Below are positions 54,801 through 64,000 of a stretch of 64,000 nt of DNA, piece by piece. Numbering within the stretch: position 1 is the first letter of the stretch; the number at the start of each line of letters is the position of its first letter. The notes below the pieces were generated by a model, which saw only the letters and a program-made list of their open reading frames with translations, made no database searches and was not told the DNA's origin. The translations under genes were made by a program, and so were the position numbers. Source of the DNA: the human T2T-CHM13v2.0 reference genome, Homo sapiens; assembly GCF_009914755.1 (NCBI RefSeq), contig NC_060938.1; one strand, given 5' to 3'.

Positions 54801-57800
54801 ACACATCACAAACAAGTTTATGAGAATGCTTCTGTCTAGTTTTTATTTGAAGATATTTCCTTTCTCACCATAGAGCTGAAAGCTGTCCTAATGTTCACTT
54901 CCAGATACTACAGAAAGAGTGTTTCAAAACTGCTGTACGAAAGGGAATGTTCAACTATGTGACTTGAATGCACACATCACAAAGGAGTTTCTGAGGATGC
55001 TGCTGTCTACTTTTTATACGTAATCCCGTTTCCAACGAAATCCTCCAAGCTATCCAAATATCCACTTGCAGATTCCACAGAAAGACTGTTTCAAAACTGC
55101 TCTGTCAATAGAAAGGTTCAACTCTGTTAGCTGCGTGCATATATCCCAAAGAAGATTCTGAGATTGCTTCTGTCTAGTTTTTATGGGAAGATATTTCCCT
55201 TTTCACCGTAGGTGTCAAGGCGCTCCAAATGTCCACTTCCAGATACTACAAAAAGAGTGTTTCAAACCTACTCTGTGAAAGGGAATATTCAACTCTGTGA
55301 CTTGAATGCACATATCACAAAGAAGTTTCTGAGAATGCTTCTGTCGAGATTTTATATGAAGATATTCCCGTTTCCAACGAAATGCTGAAATCTATCCAAA
55401 TATCCCCTCGCAGATTCTACAAAAAGAGTGTTTCAAAACTGCTCTGTGAAAAGAAAGGTTCAACTCTGTTAGTTGAGTACACACATCACAAACAAGTTTC
55501 ACAGAATGCTTCTTTCTAGCTTGTAGGGGAAGATATTCCCTTTATCACCATGGGCCTCCAACCGTCCGAAACATCCACTTCCATATACTACAAAAAGAGC
55601 GTTTCAAACCTGCTCTATGAAAGGCAATGTTCAACTCTGTGACTTGAATGCAGACATCACAGAGCAGTTTCTGAGAATGCTTCTGTCTAGATTTTATAGG
55701 AAGATATTCCCGTTTCCAACGAAATCTTCACAGCTATCCAAATATCCACTTGCAGATTCTACAAAAAGAGTGTATCAAAACTGCTCTGTCAAAAGGAAGG
55801 TTCTTCTCTGTTAGGTGAGTGCATACGTCATAAAGGAGTTTCTGAGAATGTTTCTGTCTAGTGGTTATGGGAAGATATTTGCTTTTTCACCGTAGGCCTC
55901 AGAGCGCTCCAAATATCCACTTGCACATACTACAAAAAGAGTGCTTCAAAGCTGCTCTCTGAAACGGAATGTTCAACTCTATGAGTTGAATGCAAACATC
56001 ACAAAGACGTTTCTGAGAATGCTTCTGTCTAGATTTGATATGAAGATATTCCCGTTTCCAACGAAATCTTCAAATCTATCCAAATGTCCACTTGCAGATT
56101 CAACAAAAAGTGTTTTTCAGAACTGCTCTATCAAAAGAAAGATCCACCTCTGTTAGCTGAGTTCACACATCACAAACAAGTTTATGAGAATGCTTCTGTC
56201 TAGTTTTTATTTGAAGATATTTCCTTTCTCACCATAGAGCTGAAAGCTGTCCTAATGTTCACTTCCAGATACTACAGAAAGAGTGTTTCAAAACTGCTGT
56301 ACGAAAGGGAATGTTCAACTCTGTGACTTGAATGCACACATCACAAAGAAGTTTCTGAGGATGCTGCTGTCTACTTTTTATACGTAATCCCGTTTCCAAC
56401 GAAATCCTCCAAGCTATCCAAATATCCACTTGCAGATTCCACAGAAAGACTGTTTCAAAACTGCTCTGTCAATAGAAAGGTTCAACTCTGTTAGCTGCAT
56501 GCATATATCCCAAAGAAGATTCTGAGATTGCTTCTGTCTAGTTTTTATGGGAAGATATTTCCCTTTTCACCGTAGGCGTCAAGGCGCTCCAAATGTCCAC
56601 TTCCAGATACTACAAAAAGAGTGTTTCAAACCTACTCTGTGAAAGGGAATATTCAACTCTGTGACTTGAATGCACATATCTCAAGGAAGTTTCTGAGAAT
56701 GCTTCTGTCGAGATTTTATATGAAGATATTCCCGTTTCCAACGAAATCCTGAAATGTATCCAAATATCCCCTTGCAGATTCTACAAAAAGAGTGTTTCAA
56801 AACTGCTCTGTAAAAAGAAAGGTTCAACTCTGTTAGTTGAGTACACACATCACAAACAAGTTTCACACAATGCTTCTTTCTAGCTTGTAGGGGAAGATAT
56901 TCCCTTTATCACCATGGGCCTCAAACCGTCCGATAAGTCCACTTCCATATACTACAAAAAGAGCGTTTCAAACCTGCTCTATGAAAGGCAATGTTCAACT
57001 CTGTGACTTGAATGCAGACATCACAGAGCAGTTTCTGAGAATGCTTCTGTCTAGATTTTATAGGAAGATATTCCCGTTTCCAAAGAAATCTTCACAGCTA
57101 TCCAAATATCCACTTGCAGATTCTACAAAAAGAGTGTATCAAAACTGCTCTGTCAAAAGGAAGGTTCTTCTCTGTTAGGTGAGTGCATACGTCATAAAGG
57201 AGTTTCTGAGAATGTTTCTGTCTAGTGGTTATGGGAAGATATTTGCTTTTTCACCGTAGGCCTCAGAGCGCTCCAAATATCCACTTGCACATACTACAAA
57301 AAGAGTGCCTCAAAGCTGCTCTCTGAAACGGAATGTTCAACTCTATGAGTTGAATGCAAACATCGCAAAGACGTTTCTGAGAATGCTTCTGTCTAGATTT
57401 GATATGAAGATATTCCCGTTTCCAACGAAATCTTCAAATCTATCCAAATGTCCACTTGCAGATTCAACAAAAAGTGTTTTTCAGAACTGCTCTATCAAAA
57501 GAAAGATCCACCTCTGTTAGCTGAGTTCACACATCACAAACAAGTTTATGAGAATGCTTCTGTCTAGTTTTTATTTGAAGATATTTCCTTTCTCACCATA
57601 GAGCTGAAAGCTGTCCTAATGTTCACTTCCAGATACTACAGAAAGAGTGTTTCAAAACTGCTGTACGAAAGGGAATGTTCAACTATGTGACTTGAATGCA
57701 CACATCACAAAGGAGTTTCTGAGGATGCTGCTGTCTACTTTTTATACGTAATCCCGTTTCCAACGAAATCCTCCAAGCTATCCAAATATCCACTTGCAGA

Positions 57801-60800
57801 TTCCACAGAAAGACTGTTTCAAAACTGCTCTGTCAATAGAAAGGTTCAACTCTGTTAGCTGCGTGCATATATCCCAAAGAAGATTCTGAGATTGCTTCTG
57901 TCTAGTTTTTATGGGAAGATATTTCCCTTTTCACCGTAGGCGTCAAGGCGCTCCAAATGTCCACTTCCAGATACTACAAAAAGAGTGTTTCAAACCTACT
58001 CTGTGAAAGGGAATATTCAACTCTGTGACTTGAATGCACATATCACAAAGAAGTTTCTGAGAATGCTTCTGTCGAGATTTTATATGAAGATATTCCCGTT
58101 TCCAACGAAATGCTGAAATCTATCCAAATATCCCCTCGCAGATTCTACGAAAAGAGTGTTTCAAAACTGCTCTGTGAAAAGAAAGGTTCAACTCTGTTAG
58201 TTGAGTACACACATCACAAACAAGTTTCACAGAATGCTTCTTTCTAGCTTGTAGGGGAAGATATTCCCTTTATCACCATGGGCCTCCAACCGTCCGAAAC
58301 ATCCACTTCCATATACTACAAAAAGAGCGTTTCAAACCTGCTCTATGAAAGGCAATGTTCAACTCTGTGACTTGAATGCAGACATCACAGAGCAGTTTCT
58401 GAGAATGCTTCTGTCTAGATTTTATAGGAAGATATTCCCGTTTCCAACGAAATCTTCACAGCTATCCAAATATCCACTTGCAGATTCTACAAAAAGAGTG
58501 TATCAAAACTGCTCTGTCAAAAGGAAGGTTCTTCTCTGTTAGGTGAGTGCATACGTCATAAAGGAGTTTCTGAGAATGTTTCTGTCTAGTGGTTATGGGA
58601 AGATATTTGCTTTTTCACCGTAGGCCTCAGAGCGCTCCAAATATCCACTTGCACATACTACAAAAAGAGTGCTTCAAAGCTGCTCTCTGAAACGGAATGT
58701 TCAACTCTATGAGTTGAATGCAAACATCACAAAGACGTTTCTGAGAATGCTTCTGTCTAGATTTGATATGAAGATATTCCCGTTTCCAACGAAATCTTCA
58801 AATCTATCCAAATGTCCACTTGCAGATTCAACAAAAAGTGTTTTTCAGAACTGCTCTATCAAAAGAAAGATCCACCTCTGTTAGCTGAGTTCACACATCA
58901 CAAACAAGTTTATGAGAATGCTTCTGTCTAGTTTTTATTTGAAGATATTTCCTTTCTCACCATAGAGCTGAAAGCTGTCCTAATGTTCACTTCCAGATAC
59001 TACAGAAAGAGTGTTTCAAAACTGCTGTACGAAAGGGAATGTTCAACTCTGTGACTTGAATGCACACATCACAAAGAAGTTTCTGAGGATGCTGCTGTCT
59101 ACTTTTTATACGTAATCCCGTTTCCAACGAAATCCTCCAAGCTATCCAAATATCCACTTGCAGATTCCACAGAAAGACTGTTTCAAAACTGCTCTGTCAA
59201 TAGAAAGGTTCAACTCTGTTAGCTGCGTGCATATATCCCAAAGAAGATTCTGAGATTGCTTCTGTCTAGTTTTTATGGGAAGATATTTCCCTTTTCACCG
59301 TAGGCGTCAAGGCGCTCCAAATGTCCACTTCCAGATACTACAAAAAGAGTGTTTCAAACCTACTCTGTGAAAGGGAATATTCAACTCTGTGACTTGAATG
59401 CACATATCACAAGGAAGTTTCTGAGAATGCTTCTGTCGAGATTTTATATGAAGATATTCCCGTTTCCAACGAAATCCTGAAATCTATCCAAATATCCCCT
59501 TGCAGATTCTACAAAAAGAGTGTTTCAAAACTGCTCTGTAAAAAGAAAGGTTCAACTCTGTTAGTTGAGTACACACATCACAAACAAGTTTCACAGAATG
59601 CTTCTTTCTAGCTTGTAGGGGAAGATATTCCCTTTATCACCATGGGCCTCCAACCGTCCGAAACATCCACTTCCATATACTACAAAAAGAGCGTTTCAAA
59701 CCTGCTCTATGAAAGGCAATGTTCAACTCTGTGACTTGAATGCAGACATCACAGAGCAGTTTCTGAGAATGCTTCTGTCTAGATTTTATAGGAAGATATT
59801 CCCGTTTCCAACGAAATCTTCACAGCTATCCAAATATCCACTTGCAGATTCTACAAAAAGAGTGTATCAAAACTGCTCTGTCAAAAGGAAGGTTCTTCTC
59901 TGTTAGGTGAGTGCATACGTCATAAAGGAGTTTCTGAGAATGTTTCTGTCTAGTGGTTATGGGAAGATATTTGCTTTTTCACCGTAGGCCTCAGAGCGCT
60001 CCAAATATCCACTTGCACATACTACAAAAAGAGTGCCTCAAAGCTGCTCTCTGAAACGGAATGTTCAACTCTATGAGTTGAATGCAAACATCGCAAAGAC
60101 GTTTCTGAGAATGCTTCTGTCTAGATTTGATATGAAGATATTCCCGTTTCCAACGAAATCTTCAAATCTATCCAAATGTCCACTTGCAGATTCAACAAAA
60201 AGTGTTTTTCAGAACTGCTCTATCAAAAGAAAGATCCACCTCTGTTAGCTGAGTTCACACATCACAAACAAGTTTATGAGAATGCTTCTGTCTAGTTTTT
60301 ATTTGAAGATATTTCCTTTCTCACCATAGAGCTGAAAGCTGTCCTAATGTTCACTTCCAGATACTACAGAAAGAGTGTTTCAAAACTGCTGTACGAAAGG
60401 GAATGTTCAACTCTGTGACTTGAATGCACACATCACAAAGAAGTTTCTGAGGATGCTGCTGTCTACTTTTTATACGTAATCCCGTTACCAACGAAATCCT
60501 CCAAGCTATCCAAATATCCACTTGCAGATTCCACAGAAAGACTGTTTCAAAACTGCTCTGTCAATAGAAAGGTTCAACTCTGTTAGCTGCGTGCATATAT
60601 CCCAAAGAAGATTCTGAGATTGCTTCTGTCTAGTTTTTATGGGAAGATATTTCCCTTTTCACCGTAGGCGTCAAGGCGCTCCAAATGTCCACTTCCAGAT
60701 ACTACAAAAAGAGTGTTTCAAACCTACTCTGTGAAAGGGAATATTCAACTCTGTGACTTGAATGCACATATCACAAAGAAGTTTCTGAGAATGCTTCTGT

Positions 60801-63800
60801 CGAGATTTTATATGAAGATATTCCCGTTTCCAACGAAATGCTGAAATCTATCCAAATATCCCCTCGCAGATTCTACGAAAAGAGTGTTTCAAAACTGCTC
60901 TGTGAAAAGAAAGGTTCAACTCTGTTAGTTGAGTACACACATCACAAACAAGTTTCACAGAATGCTTCTTTCTAGCTTGTAGGGGAAGATATTCCCTTTA
61001 TCACCATGGGCCTCCAACCGTCCGAAACATCCACTTCCATATACTACAAAAAGAGCGTTTCAAACCTGCTCTATGAAAGGCAATGTTCAACTCTGTGACT
61101 TGAATGCAGACATCACAGAGCAGTTTCTGAGAATGCTTCTGTCTAGATTTTATAGGAAGATATTCCCGTTTCCAACGAAATCTTCACAGCTATCCAAATA
61201 TCCACTTGCAGATTCTACAAAAAGAGTGTATCAAAACTGCTCTGTCAAAAGGAAGGTTCTTCTCTGTTAGGTGAGTGCATACGTCATAAAGGAGTTTCTG
61301 AGAATGTTTCTGTCTAGTGGTTATAGGAAGATATTTGCTTTTTCACCGTAGGCCTCAGAGCGCTCCAAATATCCACTTGCACATACTACAAAAAGAGTGC
61401 TTCAAAGCTGCTCTCTGAAACGGAATGTTCAACTCTATGAGTTGAATGCAAACATCACAAAGACGTTTCTGAGAATGCTTCTGTCTAGATTTGATATGAA
61501 GATATTCCCGTTTCCAACGAAATCTTCAAATCTATCCAAATGTCCACTTGCAGATTCAACAAAAAGTGTTTTTCAGAACTGCTCTATCAAAAGAAAAATC
61601 CACCTCTGTTAGCTGAGTTCACACATCACAAACAAGTTTATGAGAATGCTTCTGTCTAGTTTTTAATTGAAGATATTTCCTTTCTCACCATAGAGCTGAA
61701 AGCTGTCCTAATGTTCACTTCCAGATACTACAGAAAGAGTGTTTCAAAACTGCTGTACGAAAGGGAATGTTCAACTCTGTGACTTGAATGCACACATCAC
61801 AAAGAAGTTTCTGAGGATGCTGCTGTCTACTTTTTATACGTAATCCCGTTTCCAACGAAATCCTCCAAGCTATCCAAATATCCACTTGCAGATTCCACAG
61901 AAAGACTGTTTCAAAACTGCTCTGTCAATAGAAAGGTTCAACTCTGTTAGCTGCGTGCATATATCCCAAAGAAGATTCTGAGATTGCTTCTGTCTAGTTT
62001 TTATGGGAAGATATTTCCCTTTTCACCGTAGGCGTCAAGGCGCTCCAAATGTCCACTTCCAGATACTACAAAAAGAGTGTTTCAAACCTACTCTGTGAAA
62101 GGGAATATTCAACTCTGTGACTTGAATGCACATATCACAAGGAAGTTTCTGAGAATGCTTCTGTCGAGATTTTATATGAAGATATTCCCGTTTCCAACGA
62201 AATCCTGAAATCTATCCAAATATCCCCTTGCAGATTCTACAAAAAGAGTGTTTCAAAACTGCTCTGTAAAAAGAAAGGTTCAACTCTGTTAGTTGAGTAC
62301 ACACATCACAAACAAGTTTCACAGAATGCTTCTTTCTAGCTTGTAGGGGAAGATATTCCCTTTATCACCATGGGCCTCCAACCGTCCGAAACATCCACTT
62401 CCATATACTACAAAAAGAGCGTTTCAAACCTGCTCTATGAAAGGCAATGTTCAACTCTGTGACTTGAATGCAGACATCACAGAGCAGTTTCTGAGAATGC
62501 TTCTGTCTAGATTTTATAGGAAGATATTCCCGTTTCCAACGAAATCTTCACAGCTATCCAAATATCCACTTGCAGATTCTACAAAAAGAGTGTATCAAAA
62601 CTGCTCTGTCAAAAGGAAGGTTCTTCTCTGTTAGGTGAGTGCATACGTCATAAAGCAGTTTCTGAGAATGTTTCTGTCTAGTGGTTATGGGAAGATATTT
62701 GCTTTTTCACCGTAGGCCTCAGAGCGCTCCAAATATCCACTTGCACATACTACAAAAAGAGTGCCTCAAAGCTGCTCTCTGAAACGGAATGTTCAACTCT
62801 ATGAGTTGAATGCAAACATCGCAAAGACGTTTCTGAGAATGCTTCTGTCTAGATTTGATATGAAGATATTCCCGTTTCCAACGAAATCTTCAAATCTATC
62901 CAAATGTCCACTTGCAGATTCAACAAAAAGTGTTTTTCAGAACTGCTCTATCAAAAGAAAGATCCACCTCTGTTAGCTGAGTTCACACATCACAAACAAG
63001 TTTATGAGAATGCTTCTGTCTAGTTTTTATTTGAAGATATTTCCTTTCTCACCATAGAGCTGAAAGCTGTCCTAATGTTCACTTCCAGATACTACAGAAA
63101 GAGTGTTTCAAAACTGCTGTACGAAAGGGAATGTTCAACTCTGTGACTTGAATGCACACATCACAAAGAAGTTTCTGAGGATGCTGCTGTCTACTTTTTA
63201 TACGTAATCCCGTTACCAACGAAATCCTCCAAGCTATCCAAATATCCACTTGCAGATTCCACAGAAAGACTGTTTCAAAACTGCTCTGTCAATAGAAAGG
63301 TTCAACTCTGTTAGCTGCGTGCATATATCCCAAAGAAGATTCTGAGATTGCTTCTGTCTAGTTTTTATGGGAAGATATTTCCCTTTTCACCGTAGGCGTC
63401 AAGGCGCTCCAAATGTCCACTTCCAGATACTACAAAAAGAGTGTTTCAAACCTACTCTGTGAAAGGGAATATTCAACTCTGTGACTTGAATGCACATATC
63501 ACAAAGAAGTTTCTGAGAATGCTTCTGTCGAGATTTTATATGAAGATATTCCCGTTTCCAACGAAATGCTGAAATCTATCCAAATATCCCCTCGCAGATT
63601 CTACGAAAAGAGTGTTTCAAAACTGCTCTGTGAAAAGAAAGGTTCAACTCTGTTAGTTGAGTACACACATCACAAACAAGTTTCACAGAATGCTTCTTTC
63701 TAGCTTGTAGGGGAAGATATTCCCTTTATCACCATGGGCCTCCAACCGTCCGAAACATCCACTTCCATATACTACAAAAAGAGCGTTTCAAACCTGCTCT

Positions 63801-64000
63801 ATGAAAGGCAATGTTCAACTCTGTGACTTGAATGCAGACATCACAGAGCAGTTTCTGAGAATGCTTCTGTCTAGATTTTATAGGAAGATATTCCCGTTTC
63901 CAACGAAATCTTCACAGCTATCCAAATATCCACTTGCAGATTCTACAAAAAGAGTGTATCAAAACTGCTCTGTCAAAAGGAAGGTTCTTCTCTGTTAGGT

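Larger units (their letters stand above)
1..64000 (-). repeat. Centromeric alpha-satellite HOR array, 8-mer of 1364 bp, about 46.9 tandem copies; SF2-like, most likely the chr14/chr22 live array (D14Z9/D22Z1)
   Basis: ~171-bp monomers with alphoid motifs (gttcaactctgtgacttgaatgca, tttctgagaatgcttctgtctag, tccacttgcagattctacaaaaagagtgtttcaaaactgctct). ORF starts recur every 1364 bp (20, 1384, 2748...), with three 1363-bp units, and copies differ at only a handful of bases. Alpha-satellite identity is certain; the chromosome assignment is recalled from the 8-mer period and is less sure (about 0.75). Confidence 0.98.

Noticed and set aside
10204-56866. Sporadic minus-strand 61-122 aa Cys/His-rich ORFs that look like zinc fingers (CDVC, CRIC, CDMC)
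   Set aside because: They appear only where a single base change removes a TAG (and, in U16, a 1-bp deletion extends the frame). The CxxC pattern is just translation of TGTGATGTGTGT-like alphoid sequence and lacks C2H2 spacing.
20-63998. Recurring 71-aa (M[L/P]QSCSLKRNVQ...) and 65-aa (MKGNVQLCDLN...) plus-strand ORFs
   Set aside because: These are chance open frames across satellite monomers. They resemble each other only because the monomers are homologous, the 71-aa ORF starts at GTG, and there is no gene context or recognisable domain.
1-64000. CRISPR-like, prokaryotic or otherwise novel repeat system
   Set aside because: There are no unique spacers, cas genes or any non-satellite sequence. 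Every segment I read is explained by alpha-satellite monomers.
1-64000. Hidden insertion (L1, Alu, viral), inversion or HOR structural variant
   Set aside because: ORF-anchored spacing is 1364 or 1363 bp for all 46 intervals, leaving no room for insertions or monomer loss, and orientation never flips.
1-64000. Assignment to chr20 D20Z2 (16-mer), chr2 (4-mer) or chr13/21 (11-mer)
   Set aside because: The base period is an 8-mer, and the two halves of the 2728-bp super-period differ by under 1%. That fits chr14/22 better, but chr14 versus chr22 cannot be resolved without alignment.
1-64000. The X/Y unit order as an information-bearing code
   Set aside because: Duplication, unequal exchange and conversion explain the order adequately, and nothing in the sequence supports a readout mechanism.

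Overview
The whole 64 kb window is one uninterrupted, head-to-tail primate (almost certainly human) centromeric alpha-satellite higher-order repeat (HOR) array. It holds about 46.9 copies of a 1364-bp 8-mer HOR (seven 171-bp monomers and one 167-bp monomer). CENP-B-box (B-type) monomers strictly alternate with pJ-alpha-box (A-type) monomers, and the canonical CENP-B strand is the minus strand. The 8-mer/1364-bp period and dimeric A/B layout best fit the SF2 live array of chr14/22 (D14Z9/D22Z1); this is from recall, not a search. I see no genes, transposons, inversions or monomer-number variants, and all listed ORFs are chance products of the repeat. I do not find a new biological system. The interesting structure lies in the single-base variants: two HOR haplotypes alternate to give a cryptic 2728-bp (16-mer) super-period, with recombinant units, local dimer duplications, conversion-like variant sharing and a few broken CENP-B boxes. 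Units are numbered U1-U47, each starting 19 bp before the recurring 71-aa ORF. Variants were read by eye, so counts may be incomplete.
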